NCBI GenBank assembly: GCA_016711345.1
Contig: JADJTD010000002.1
Location: 277-64,276 of the forward strand
Reading direction: 5' to 3'
From: Chloracidobacterium sp.
GTDB taxonomy: Bacteria > Acidobacteriota > Blastocatellia > Pyrinomonadales > Pyrinomonadaceae
Length of the DNA: 64,000 bases
The notes under the pieces are model-generated. The model was given only the letters and a program-made list of their open reading frames with translations, was not told the origin of the DNA and searched no databases. Numbering within the stretch: position 1 is the first letter of the stretch; every line of letters starts with the position of its first letter. The position numbers were made by a program, and so were the translations under genes. This document shows positions 46,679-56,777 of the stretch, piece by piece.

Positions 46679-47666
46679 AAATATTCCAGTTGAAGATAGA
46701 CACGCCACGCACAACTATGAGTATGCGAATGCTGCTGCTCGCACTGGTGCGACGGGGTTTCAAAGTTCCGATTTGCATAAGCTGGCCTTGCAGCTAGATG
46801 ATGGAACTTATTGGCGCTTGGCATCAACCACCCCCACCTGGGTTGCTTTTGGCGCTGCTGGCCCACAAGGACCGGCTGGCCCTGCTGGCCCTGCTGGCCC
46901 TGCTGGCGATGGGGCAGGGGATATGCTCAAGTCTGATAATTTGTCAGGGTTGGCCAGCTACCCTGCGGCCCGTACCAATCTCGGCCTTGGTAACGTAGAC
47001 AATACGAGCGATGCAAACAAGCCTGTTAGTAGCGCACAGGCAGCGGCTGACAGCGCAGCACAAGCCGCTGCCATTGCTGCTAGTGCACCATCTGCCCACG
47101 TTGGTGCTGGCGGAGCTGCACATGCGTTGGCGGTGGCGTCTGGTGCAGCGGGTTTCCTGAGCGGCTCTGATAAAGCGAAACTTGACGCGACCAGTGGTAC
47201 AAATACGGGTGATAATGCGGCCAACACGAATTACACCAACGACTACCGAGCAGCGAATTTCGTGGCGGGTACTAATTACCTGGCACCGGCAGCGATTGGC
47301 GTAACCGTCCAAGCATACGACGCCGACACCGCAAAGACTGACGTGGCGCAGAACTGGGTAGCCTCGCAACGCAGTGCAAACATCCCTGATAACGACGGAT
47401 CGTTTGACCTCTCTGGTGCAGGGAACAACTACGCGAGTGCCCCAACCAGCGCAGTCGCTATCACGTTCACCAACATCGCCGCCAATGCGGGGAAATCCGG
47501 ATACATCACCCTCACGAATGGAAGCAACTACGCCTACACCGCACACACGAATACGAAGATTGCAACGACTGACCTAGCCAAGATTGTCGTCAGTGGTACG
47601 TATGTCCTTCCGTATCTGTGTGATGGAACGGATGTTTTCATCCTGGGCGTCTGGACGAAGCCATGA
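46668..47666 (+). CDS. tail fibre protein with collagen-like repeat
   Basis: 332 aa. It contains GPQGPAGPAGPAGPAG and the NLGLGNVDNTSDANKP motif common in fibre proteins. Confidence 0.8.
   Translation: MLHKNIPVEDRHATHNYEYANAAARTGATGFQSSDLHKLALQLDDGTYWRLASTTPTWVAFGAAGPQGPAGPAGPAGPAGDGAGDMLKSDNLSGLASYPAARTNLGLGNVDNTSDANKPVSSAQAAADSAAQAAAIAASAPSAHVGAGGAAHALAVASGAAGFLSGSDKAKLDATSGTNTGDNAANTNYTNDYRAANFVAGTNYLAPAAIGVTVQAYDADTAKTDVAQNWVASQRSANIPDNDGSFDLSGAGNNYASAPTSAVAITFTNIAANAGKSGYITLTNGSNYAYTAHTNTKIATTDLAKIVVSGTYVLPYLCDGTDVFILGVWTKP
46869..46907 (+). repeat. in-frame 9-nt tandem repeat (GGCCCTGCT x3 plus a degenerate copy)
   Basis: Encodes the Gly-Pro-Ala collagen-like triplets. Confidence 0.8.
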
Positions 47667-50119
47667 GCGTTCTGGCTAATTCCAATGTAATTGGTTCGGG
47701 CACCTCCGGCATAGACACCGGCGACATCGGGCATTCGCTTCGGTTTCGTGGTGCGCAGTATTTGAATCGCACCCCCGGAGGAGCAGGTAGTCGTAGGATA
47801 CTAACCTATTCAGCTTTTCTTAAAGTGTCCCCCAGTGCAGCAATGCAGCGGATTTTCGTGGGAAACGATACAGGGTCAAGTGTATTCAACATCGCAATCA
47901 ACGCGAGCAATCAACTTGAAATTGTTGACTTCAGTGGTTCGTATCAAATCAGAGGCATATCCACGCGATTGTTTCGTGACCCAACAGTGCACATACACCT
48001 TGTCGTAGCGCTTGACACCAACCAAGCAACCTTCGCCAATGCTGTCAAGGTTTGGGTCAATAATGAACAGATTACGTCTTGGGGTACAAGCACGTACTCC
48101 GGTGCTCACGATATGCAGATGAACGACACCCGTATGCAGGGTATCGGTGTATATCTTGGCGGTGGCGTTCCAGTATCAACCTTTGACTATTATGGGGGCT
48201 ACCTCTCCCGCATCTGCTTCGTAGATGGTCAAGCACTGACTCCGAGTTCCTTCGGCTACCTCAACACCGAAATCAACGAGTGGGTTAGCAAGTCACAATC
48301 CGCAGTCAAAGCTGTTGTCGATGCTGGTGGTACGAACAGCTTCATGCTGGACTTCGATGATGCTACGTCGCTCACCACGCTCGGCTATGACAAGAGTAGC
48401 AAGGGCAACAACTGGACGCTGAACGGATTCTCTCTCACAGCAGGAACAACCTACGATCACATGCTGGATGTGCCGGGGAATTCGTATGCGACGTTGAATC
48501 CATTGCAGTACAACCCATCCAACATTGCTGCTGGCAATCTGCAATTTACGTCATCTACTACCTTGTGCGCACGGGGCGTTCCTGATCTGCTCTCGTGTGG
48601 AAAGTCCTATTTTGAGTACCCATCTGCCGGTGTTAATTACATGGGATGGGGTGTTCAAGGTGGAGGTGCAGTAGCTTCTGCAAGCATGGGTTCTGTCTCT
48701 GCGGAACTGTGGGGTGTATATAACACAGGTTCGATGAACACCATTTACAACGGGTCTAGTGCTTCTTTGGGTATCGCTCCTCCTACTGCTGGCGGAGTTC
48801 TTTGCGTAGCGTTTGATGCTGCGACTGGTAATTTATGGCTCGGATACGCAGCTTCTGGAACTAGCACACCAACTTGGATTGGCGGGGGCGATCCCGCCGC
48901 AGGGACTTCCCCATCAACAACCGTAAGCATAACCAAACCTGTGTTTCCTCACGCAGACATACAGGGCGGAGGAGGCTCGCAGACTTGCACCTTCAACGCT
49001 GGTCAGTATCCATCGACAGCAAATTCTGCATTTAGAACTGACGCGGGTGGCTTCTTCCATTGTGTTCCGCCAACCGGCTTCAAAGCACTCTGCCAAGCGA
49101 ACCTGCCAGATGTAGCGATCAAGAATCCGAAGGCGCATTTTGATGTGCTGACGCACACTGGCAATGGTGTTCAGGATCGTGCAATTACTGGCTCGCAATT
49201 CGACCCTGATTTTGCGTGGATTAAGAATCGTGGTGTATCTGCTACGCACGTTCTTTTTGATAGAGTCAGAGGTGGGGACAAACAGCTATTCTCTAACCTG
49301 ACTAACGCAGAGCAAACAAATAACGACATAACAAATGGGTTCGCAACTGGCGGAATAATTGTAGGCGACAACGTAACTGGTACGGGTAGTACAAATCAGA
49401 ATACGAACACCTACGTTGATTGGCTCTGGAAAGCAGGTGGCGCACCTGTTGCCAACAACGCAGGCAGCATTACCTCACAGGTATCCGCTAACGTGGATGC
49501 TGGCTTCTCGATTGTTACGGCTACGCTATCCGCAGCAAACGGCACTGTTGGTCACGGTCAAGGTAAAGCGCCCAAGCTGATTATTGGCTTTAAGCGTAAT
49601 GGAGTGAGCAGCCACCCCATATACCACTCTGGCCTGACAAGCGCTGCCAACGTGATGTATCTCGATACCACTGCCGCACAAGCAGCAAGCGCAACGACTT
49701 GGAACAGCACTCCCCCGACATCTACGGTGTTCTCAGTCGGAACCGGCCTTACAGGGGATTGGGTGTTCTACTGCTTCGCCGACATCGAAGGCTACAGCAA
49801 GGCATTCAGCTACACAGGTAACGGCAGTGCTGATGGGCCGTATGTACATCTAGGGTTCAAGCCTCGGTGGATTCTGATTAAGCGGACAGACAGCACAGGA
49901 GACTGGCTGATATTCGACACCACGCGGAACACGGTTAACGTTATGAACCTGTACCTTGGTGCAAACCTATCTAGCGCAGAATTCTCTGATGGGGCGCTGG
50001 ATACTACTGCTAACGGCATGAAGTGGCGCACTACGGGAGCAAGCGCAAACGCAAGCAGCGGCACCTACATCGGCTTCGCGATTGCCGACGTGGCTGGTAA
50101 ATACTCACTAGGACGATAA
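47663..50119 (+). CDS. large tail fibre / receptor-binding protein (LamG/jelly-roll-like modules)
   Basis: 818-aa track ORF. The pattern SLRF...YL.RT...IFVG...RDPTVHIHLV...VWVNNEQ...GYLSRICFVDGQALTPSSFG is typical of lectin-like fibre modules (from memory). Confidence 0.75.
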   Translation: MSVLANSNVIGSGTSGIDTGDIGHSLRFRGAQYLNRTPGGAGSRRILTYSAFLKVSPSAAMQRIFVGNDTGSSVFNIAINASNQLEIVDFSGSYQIRGISTRLFRDPTVHIHLVVALDTNQATFANAVKVWVNNEQITSWGTSTYSGAHDMQMNDTRMQGIGVYLGGGVPVSTFDYYGGYLSRICFVDGQALTPSSFGYLNTEINEWVSKSQSAVKAVVDAGGTNSFMLDFDDATSLTTLGYDKSSKGNNWTLNGFSLTAGTTYDHMLDVPGNSYATLNPLQYNPSNIAAGNLQFTSSTTLCARGVPDLLSCGKSYFEYPSAGVNYMGWGVQGGGAVASASMGSVSAELWGVYNTGSMNTIYNGSSASLGIAPPTAGGVLCVAFDAATGNLWLGYAASGTSTPTWIGGGDPAAGTSPSTTVSITKPVFPHADIQGGGGSQTCTFNAGQYPSTANSAFRTDAGGFFHCVPPTGFKALCQANLPDVAIKNPKAHFDVLTHTGNGVQDRAITGSQFDPDFAWIKNRGVSATHVLFDRVRGGDKQLFSNLTNAEQTNNDITNGFATGGIIVGDNVTGTGSTNQNTNTYVDWLWKAGGAPVANNAGSITSQVSANVDAGFSIVTATLSAANGTVGHGQGKAPKLIIGFKRNGVSSHPIYHSGLTSAANVMYLDTTAAQAASATTWNSTPPTSTVFSVGTGLTGDWVFYCFADIEGYSKAFSYTGNGSADGPYVHLGFKPRWILIKRTDSTGDWLIFDTTRNTVNVMNLYLGANLSSAEFSDGALDTTANGMKWRTTGASANASSGTYIGFAIADVAGKYSLGR

Positions 50120-50121
50120 CT

Positions 50122-50673
50122 ATGTTCATCGACAACGACACAAAACTGCGGGTCAATATCAACTCCCCGTACAAGGGCTTTTCCCGCCTCGAAACGCCTG
50201 AACAACGAGCCGCGGCGAACGTGGTGGAGATTGCTGATCCGGCACGCGGCGACGAGCAGTTTTACTACAACACGGAACAGAACGACGCGCCGTATCTGGT
50301 CGTCACGCCGAAGTCAGTTGAATCCATCCGCGAAATGCTGAAGTCCAAGGTCAAAGCCATGCGCGACCAGAAGGAAGCCGAAGGCTTTATCTACATGACC
50401 AAGCCTTTCGACAGCGACGAGCGCAGCGTGGCGCGGATCACTTCGGCGGCACTGACGGCAATGGCAGTCGGCCCGACCTTCACAGTCGACTGGACTGCGG
50501 CGGATAACTCCATCGTTACCCTTGACCAAGCCGCGATGCTCGGTATGCCTGCTGCTCTTGCCATGAACGCCAGCGCACTGCACTCCGCAGCCAAGGCACA
50601 CAAGACCGCAATCGACGCTGCTGATTTCGAGACACTGACGACTTACGACATCAACGCCGGGTGGCCTGTGTGA
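50122..50673 (+). CDS. DUF4376-like protein (tail-fibre assembly/chaperone-type)
   Basis: 183 aa. It contains ...FDSDERSVARITSA...W.AADNS...L and a WPV C-terminus, and follows the fibre gene. Confidence 0.65.
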   Translation: MFIDNDTKLRVNINSPYKGFSRLETPEQRAAANVVEIADPARGDEQFYYNTEQNDAPYLVVTPKSVESIREMLKSKVKAMRDQKEAEGFIYMTKPFDSDERSVARITSAALTAMAVGPTFTVDWTAADNSIVTLDQAAMLGMPAALAMNASALHSAAKAHKTAIDAADFETLTTYDINAGWPV

Positions 50674-50903
50674 GACAAGTTCTGATTGCCATTGACCAGT
50701 TGCTGAATACCCTTGTCGGCGGGTATGCCGACGAGACTGTATCCGCTCGCGCCTACCGTAAAGGATGGAAGCGGCGAGAAGCGTTCATCAACTGGATATT
50801 CCGTGATCCGAACCACTGCCAGGATAGTTACAACAGCGAGCTACTGCGCTCGCATCTGCCGAAAGCGTATCGCGCTCAGCAATCGAAATCTGATAAACTC
50901 TGA
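50661..50903 (+). CDS. hypothetical protein
   Basis: 80-aa track ORF with a GTG start. An alternative GTG is at 50670. Confidence 0.5.
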   Translation: MACVRQVLIAIDQLLNTLVGGYADETVSARAYRKGWKRREAFINWIFRDPNHCQDSYNSELLRSHLPKAYRAQQSKSDKL

Positions 50904-50909
50904 TAAGCT
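50888..50909 (+). promoter_or_regulatory. tandem TCTGATAA motif (TCTGATAAAC TCTGATAAGC)
   Basis: It belongs to the same motif family as the CTCTGATA sites. It lies only about 15 nt before ATG 50924, so a promoter role is doubtful. Confidence 0.3.
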
Positions 50910-50923
50910 CGAAAGGACACATC

Positions 50924-51376
50924 ATGTCAGCTCTATCCAATTACCTCGAAAACAAATTGATCGATCAGATTTTTCGCGGCCAAGCCTACTCATTCCCAGG
51001 CACGCTGTACTTCGCCCTGTTCACCGCAACACCGAGTGATACGGGTGGCGGTACCGAAGTCTCGACCACGGGTACCAACTACGCACGCAAGTCCGTCGTC
51101 GCCTCGCTTGCCAACTTCGCTGCTACGTCTGTTCCGGGAGGCATCGCTGTTTCAGCGGGTACTGACGCAGTAACTTCGAACAACGCATCGATTGTTTTCA
51201 ACGCGCCGACAGGCGGTACGAACTGGGGCACGATCACCGCAGTGGGTGTGTTCGACGCAGCGACGGCGGGGAACTTGTTAGTGTGGGGTACGTTGACCAC
51301 GCCAAAGACGGTGAACAACGGAGACGCAGCCCCTAGCTTTTCCACCGGAGCATTCGTATTCACGTTGGATACGTAA
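50924..51376 (+). CDS. conserved phage virion/fibre-associated protein
   Basis: 150 aa with an AAGGA RBS. The pattern YFALFT..PSD.GGGTEV...NYAR...WGTITAVGVFDA...GNLLVWG recalls a widespread phage family. Confidence 0.7.
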   Translation: MSALSNYLENKLIDQIFRGQAYSFPGTLYFALFTATPSDTGGGTEVSTTGTNYARKSVVASLANFAATSVPGGIAVSAGTDAVTSNNASIVFNAPTGGTNWGTITAVGVFDAATAGNLLVWGTLTTPKTVNNGDAAPSFSTGAFVFTLDT

Positions 51377-51382
51377 AATCCT

Positions 51383-52969
51383 ATGTCGATTGTATGGGTA
51401 AGCCCGTCCAGCACGGCTAGAACGGAATACTCGTATCTTCGGTCGGTACTGATCCACTCCGCTGGAGCAGACGAGCGGTACCACAGCATCCATGCGCGAG
51501 GTGCATCGGTAGCCGCCCATGCAATGTCGTTCGATTTCTCCAGCGGCTCGCTGACTTCGAACGGCACAACAACTTCCGTCCCCCCATACGGAAGTGGGGA
51601 AAACTCATCGACAAATAACTTTTCCACTAAGTTGTCAGACGGAAGGTTATTTGTCGGCGGCTCTTGGTGGAACACAGGGTCATACGATGAGACCACGTAT
51701 CTAGGCACCTACTCGTCGGGTACCAATACATACTCGTGGGTGCAGTCAACAGATTTACCAGCAGCGATGGCTTGGGGAGGTGCTGGCGATTTCAATAACG
51801 TCAATTCCTGTGTCACCTTACCTGATGGAAGAATCTGCGTTTGGAGCAACCACGGGAATTGTCAACTCGGCACAGTTTCTTCCAATACGATCACCTGGGC
51901 AACATGCACTCAGTCTGGGTGGTCTCAAGGTGCTGGGTGGGAAGGGTGGTCTTATGATGTCCTCAACGATGGGCGACTGATCGCTGTAACCTCCAACGGC
52001 ACTTACTATTATCTCGGTGTGGTGAGTGGGGACACCATCACGTGGACAGCGGCAACAACAGTTAATTTGCCAAGTGAGTTCGGCAAGCGGGTCACGCTTC
52101 GAGTATTTCCTAACAGGGTTATCGGCTGTTCCGTTCTAAAGACATCCACGGGTTATCTGACCTCCGGCCATCTACAAGAGATCACGGTATCTGGCGATAC
52201 ACTTACTTTCTCAACATTGTGCGATAAGCCCAGTGCCCTTGCATCGTATGACGAGATATTTGATTTATTCCAGTTGCAGAGTGGCAAGCTGGTATTGGTA
52301 TCTAGCCGTGCGAATGCTAACACCACAGATGCTATTTTCATCGGACAAGATGCGGCAAACTTAGACAGCTACCCGACCGTCACCAGTACGGTTACGGCGG
52401 CGCTTGATCCAGGAATCTTTGCCGACTTATCGGCTTCTAGTACTGCGCTTGCAACTCTCAGCGACTCGTTGATTGCTCTTGAGGCAGCGCTGTCGTGCTC
52501 GCCACCCTCATTGATTGCGACGTTGGATGGTCGCTTCTACGCAGCACTATCTGCCACACAATCGATCTTTGCTGATCTGACAGACTATGTTCCACCAACA
52601 GCGTATCTGGCAGCACAACTTAAAACACAGAGCGAAGTATTTGCAAGACTATCGACGGGTGTAGGTTTTTCCGCGAGCCTGACATGCGCTTCCACCGCCG
52701 AGTCATCGCTGTTAAGTCAGATTCGCATCGCAGCAAATTTGTCAGCACAGGCAGCGCTCACAGCGGATGTTGTAACTCAGATCAGGCTGGCAGCAGCCCT
52801 CGATCAGCTATCGACACTCGTCACTGAACTGACCACACAGATCACCATGGAGAGCGATCTCTCCGCTGCAGCGTCCTGCCGTGCGTATCTCATTGTGCCA
52901 ACACCGGAAGAGATGCAGCAGTGCTACGTGCTGACCCCAGAACACGCAGAGGTTTGTTATGGCATTTGA
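51383..52969 (+). CDS. structural protein with DGR(L/I)-type repeats (beta-propeller-like) and an Ala/Leu/Ser-repeat C-terminus
   Basis: 528-aa track ORF. The first ~47 codons look non-protein-like, so the start may be ATG 51524 (MSFDFSSGSL). The gene is visibly lower in GC. Confidence 0.6.
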   Translation: MSIVWVSPSSTARTEYSYLRSVLIHSAGADERYHSIHARGASVAAHAMSFDFSSGSLTSNGTTTSVPPYGSGENSSTNNFSTKLSDGRLFVGGSWWNTGSYDETTYLGTYSSGTNTYSWVQSTDLPAAMAWGGAGDFNNVNSCVTLPDGRICVWSNHGNCQLGTVSSNTITWATCTQSGWSQGAGWEGWSYDVLNDGRLIAVTSNGTYYYLGVVSGDTITWTAATTVNLPSEFGKRVTLRVFPNRVIGCSVLKTSTGYLTSGHLQEITVSGDTLTFSTLCDKPSALASYDEIFDLFQLQSGKLVLVSSRANANTTDAIFIGQDAANLDSYPTVTSTVTAALDPGIFADLSASSTALATLSDSLIALEAALSCSPPSLIATLDGRFYAALSATQSIFADLTDYVPPTAYLAAQLKTQSEVFARLSTGVGFSASLTCASTAESSLLSQIRIAANLSAQAALTADVVTQIRLAAALDQLSTLVTELTTQITMESDLSAAASCRAYLIVPTPEEMQQCYVLTPEHAEVCYGI

Positions 52970-55205
52970 AGATGATGGGAAGCTGATCTTCCCCACACGC
53001 GACGGTATCCTCGGCACGGCAGAAGAGAACCGGATGATCAGACACGTCGGTGGCCCTAATGGCATTCGCAAGACCGTCGTACCTGAACTGAACGGTGATG
53101 AGAAGATGCTCGTCACTCGTAGTGGCATGCCAGAGATCACGGTGAAGAAGAAGGTCACCTCTCCGGGCATCAACCGCACCTTTGTCTTCAGCCACATTGG
53201 CGACACTATTGGCATCGTTGCCAACCGCTACGGTGGTGGGCTGAAAGTGCTCATCAACAACCTGGTCATCGGCCCGTGCAGCTATGCAGTGGGTGTGCTG
53301 CGCACAGGGACACAGGGCTTCTGGAAAGATGTGCTGCGACTAGACACCACGACGCTGAAGAACAACGGTGTCACCCCGCCCACTACACTGGTAACGACCA
53401 CCACTCCGAGCTACGACAGATACGTAGTGCCCTATGTCGCCACTGACGGTGCCTATCACCCGGAGGCTACTGGTGATAGCACGCGCTCCACGGTGTTCTT
53501 CGGAAAGTGTGCGCCGTCAGGGCAGGGCGTGTCCTCAGTATCCACGACAGGTACAGAGAAGAGCTTCCTGACAGCGACGGGTTCCTATGACGATATGGGT
53601 AGTGCAGGTGTGCGTTCAGCAGACGACACCTTTCATTTCTACATGGCGCAGCCAGACACAGACGGTGACAATATTTTTGGTGTTGCTTGGTCGTGGTCAA
53701 AAATTCAGACCACACTCGCTTCCCCCTATCTCAGCCAGATTGGGAGCGGTAGCGGCTCTCACTATATGCTATGGAGCTACCCATACTTGGCGTCTCAACA
53801 GTACTGCGTTGTATTTACTGGTTCTCTATCACGAGGTAGCAGTAGCGGTGCAGCCACTATCCAGTTCCCCGGCACAGCTTACAAGACCAAGGGTACAGCG
53901 ACGATGGCGGCTGCACCTGTCTCTGGCTATAACACAACGACCGTGTGGTCACAGATCGCGTCAACGATAGAGGCTGTGTTTGTGGAAACTGCACAACCCT
54001 ATCCTGATTTTCCATATATACAGGGCAGTTCTTCGAATGACACCGTTGCTACAAGTCAGACGAACACACCATCTACTGTGACAGGTTATACCGGGTCGTC
54101 TATCCCCCTTACGCTGAACTCATCGCTCGATATAACCTACGCGGCAGATAGGCGCAGCGAGGTTAGGGCTAGGCACGTTTATCTGGGGACGACCTTCGCC
54201 TCTCCAGTCGGTAGCAGCAGCCAGGTCAGTGCGACATCGACAGTTAGGGTGACGCTCGACTCGGCTATTGGAAAACTGTATGACAGTACGACGGCGGTGA
54301 TCGAAAACTTTAATGTGCTTAATCAGCAAGTGCGGGTGGCCTCCCCGGAGTTGTCACCGGGTCCAGGTTCTGAGGAAACGAACTGGTTTGAGAGTGAGGC
54401 TGCGGCAAGCGCATATGTTGATTCGATCAATAACGCACCCGCTGTATGGGACAACCGAATTCCGAACTATGCCGTGTCCGTCTTGTCGGGTAATCACGGT
54501 ACAAGCTCCACCACATTTGAATGCACGACGCGTGATTTCGTCTTTGCTGATGTCGACGACGGGGTGACCCTCGCGCTTGAATCCAAGCTCAACTACGTTG
54601 TGGTGAACAACTACGTCAATGGGGTGAATACACCTACCGTCACCAAGAAGCTTCTGGTGGAGTACGTCTTGTCGGTTCGCGGCAATCGCTACACGTTCGA
54701 GGTATTCAACGAAGACCTTGACGACGAGCCGGGGCTGCTGATGGGTTCTGTCTATGAAGGCGATGCGGGTCTGAACCTTGGCGGGGGTACCTATCACAAA
54801 GTGTATCGGCCACCACCGATCCTGGCCCCACCGTTCATGTCGCAGGGTAACTGCCCGTACATCGCCTATACGACACGGGTTGAGGAGCTGCAAGGGGCAG
54901 TGCCTCAGATGTATGTCGACTTCACTCTGAAGGTGGTACAGCCAAGTGCGTGGACGGGCATGGACAACTACGGTGGGATGGTGACGTTCATCCCGTTCCA
55001 GTTCCAGAATGTATATCAGCGGTATATCGGCTCGGCCCCTTACTACACCGGGCCTGGCCCCGCCACACGGAACGTGGCACTATGGGATAGGCTATTTTCG
55101 ACCCCTTTTAAGGTACAATACGCCAACGGTGTCAAGGGGGTTTGGCAGAGCCAGCTTGGCGCAGGTTTCACCGGCTATCCGGGTATGGAGATTACTCGCA
55201 TATGA
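52959..55205 (+). CDS. large virion structural protein (tail tube/nozzle candidate)
   Basis: 748-aa track ORF. Confidence 0.75.
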   Translation: MAFEDDGKLIFPTRDGILGTAEENRMIRHVGGPNGIRKTVVPELNGDEKMLVTRSGMPEITVKKKVTSPGINRTFVFSHIGDTIGIVANRYGGGLKVLINNLVIGPCSYAVGVLRTGTQGFWKDVLRLDTTTLKNNGVTPPTTLVTTTTPSYDRYVVPYVATDGAYHPEATGDSTRSTVFFGKCAPSGQGVSSVSTTGTEKSFLTATGSYDDMGSAGVRSADDTFHFYMAQPDTDGDNIFGVAWSWSKIQTTLASPYLSQIGSGSGSHYMLWSYPYLASQQYCVVFTGSLSRGSSSGAATIQFPGTAYKTKGTATMAAAPVSGYNTTTVWSQIASTIEAVFVETAQPYPDFPYIQGSSSNDTVATSQTNTPSTVTGYTGSSIPLTLNSSLDITYAADRRSEVRARHVYLGTTFASPVGSSSQVSATSTVRVTLDSAIGKLYDSTTAVIENFNVLNQQVRVASPELSPGPGSEETNWFESEAAASAYVDSINNAPAVWDNRIPNYAVSVLSGNHGTSSTTFECTTRDFVFADVDDGVTLALESKLNYVVVNNYVNGVNTPTVTKKLLVEYVLSVRGNRYTFEVFNEDLDDEPGLLMGSVYEGDAGLNLGGGTYHKVYRPPPILAPPFMSQGNCPYIAYTTRVEELQGAVPQMYVDFTLKVVQPSAWTGMDNYGGMVTFIPFQFQNVYQRYIGSAPYYTGPGPATRNVALWDRLFSTPFKVQYANGVKGVWQSQLGAGFTGYPGMEITRI

Positions 55206-56776
55206 AGACGCAAGCCCTTGCCCCGTTTCTAGGTATCAACAACAGGAAGCCTGACTTCTCGTTGCGCGTGGCCACGTCCACCATGAATGGTCAGTACCTC
55301 CGCAGCGCAGATAACGTGGATGTGAACAACGCTGGCAAGCTGCGCCGCATTGACGGCGCTACCCGCATCGCCGCCATGGCGAACCCGCACAGTCTCTTCG
55401 CTGACAGCTTTGTCGTGCGCTCTGCCGTGCTCTATTCGATCACCCTTCCGACATATGCAGAGACCATGCTGAAGGTGCTCACGAGCGACGCAGCGATGTC
55501 CTACGTCGAGGCGAACGGCAGCACCTACTACTCGAACGGCACAGACTCAGGGCGCGCGACAAGCGGTATTGTCTACCCCCTGGCCTTGCCCACCCCGGAT
55601 GAGCCAACGATCTCAATCACAACGGGTGGACTTCTTCCCGGTCGGTATCAAGTCGGTGTGAGCTACAGCAACGCCACCACGGGCGAAGAGGGTGGTATCA
55701 GTGCGTCAAGCAACATCGAGCTGACGACCACGAGCGGTATCCACGTAGTGCTACCTGCGGCGACCACTGGGGCCACTCACGTCAACATCTACCTCTCGGA
55801 TGCGAACGGCTCGGTGCCGAAACTGGTGACATCTGTTGTCACAGGTACGGCGAGCTACGACTGTGTTGCTCTCGGCACTGGTCGCGAGTCCAATGGTCGG
55901 TTCGAGGAGCCACTACCGGCAGGCACCTTGTTCATGTCCAACGGACGCTTGTGCAGCTTCTCTCAGAACACGGTCTTTGTCGGTCTTCCGTACCGCCATG
56001 GCTACTATCTGCCAGCTAGTGGATATATCCCATTCCCGGCAGATGTTACGGTGGCTGTAGAGAATCAGGGTGGAACATTCATCGTGGCTGACAAGAGTTA
56101 CTGGTTCCCTGGCGACCTGGGGGCACCGAAAGAACAGGTGGCCACCGTGCTGCCGTATGGCGGCGTCGCCGGTACTGCATTCAAGATGCCTGATAGCAGC
56201 ATGTGTGGGTGGTTCGGTGATAAGGGTTTCGTCTTCGGTGCGACCTCTGGTGAGGTGGAAGCGGTGATGACTGAGAACGTTGACCTCACTCCGCCGCAGT
56301 CCGGTTTCTCCACGATCTACGAGACGACGGGCTACTCCCGCGTGATGAGTTGCGGGTGGACGGTGAACCTTGAGAACAAGGCTGCGACAACCTATAGCGT
56401 GCCATTCACCTCTGCATCTGGTAACTACGTCACGCGCTCTGATGGAATCTATCAGATTGACAGCGAGGCTGCTGTCGATGCGTCAATCGGATTCGGCAAG
56501 ATGAACTTCGAGACTGAGGCGAAGAAGTCTATCCCTGCTGTGTACCTAGGCATCGATGCGAGCGACCAAATGATGCTCACAGTGACTACGCCGAATGGCA
56601 CGAGCTATGAGTACCTTGCGCGTAGCAGCAGCGAGGATTTGAAAATTCAGCGCATTGATCCGGGCAAGGGCTTACTCGAAAACTGGTTCGATCTTGCGCT
56701 GACAAACACAAACGGTTCAGCTTTCACCATGGCTTCCATCTCATTCGGGGCCATCGCCTCTTCGCGGAGAATCTAA
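55202..56776 (+). CDS. virion structural protein
   Basis: Track ORF 55142..56776. The ATG at 55202 overlaps the upstream stop (ATGA). Confidence 0.75.
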   Translation: MKTQALAPFLGINNRKPDFSLRVATSTMNGQYLRSADNVDVNNAGKLRRIDGATRIAAMANPHSLFADSFVVRSAVLYSITLPTYAETMLKVLTSDAAMSYVEANGSTYYSNGTDSGRATSGIVYPLALPTPDEPTISITTGGLLPGRYQVGVSYSNATTGEEGGISASSNIELTTTSGIHVVLPAATTGATHVNIYLSDANGSVPKLVTSVVTGTASYDCVALGTGRESNGRFEEPLPAGTLFMSNGRLCSFSQNTVFVGLPYRHGYYLPASGYIPFPADVTVAVENQGGTFIVADKSYWFPGDLGAPKEQVATVLPYGGVAGTAFKMPDSSMCGWFGDKGFVFGATSGEVEAVMTENVDLTPPQSGFSTIYETTGYSRVMSCGWTVNLENKAATTYSVPFTSASGNYVTRSDGIYQIDSEAAVDASIGFGKMNFETEAKKSIPAVYLGIDASDQMMLTVTTPNGTSYEYLARSSSEDLKIQRIDPGKGLLENWFDLALTNTNGSAFTMASISFGAIASSRRI

Positions 56777-56777
56777 T

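Noticed and set aside
51079-51708. 209-aa minus-strand ORF in the tail module
   Set aside because: It overlaps about 300 nt of the conserved plus-strand gene 50924..51376. It starts with GTG and has no RBS. It would be the only leftward gene in the late operon. I cannot fully exclude it for the 51377..51523 segment.
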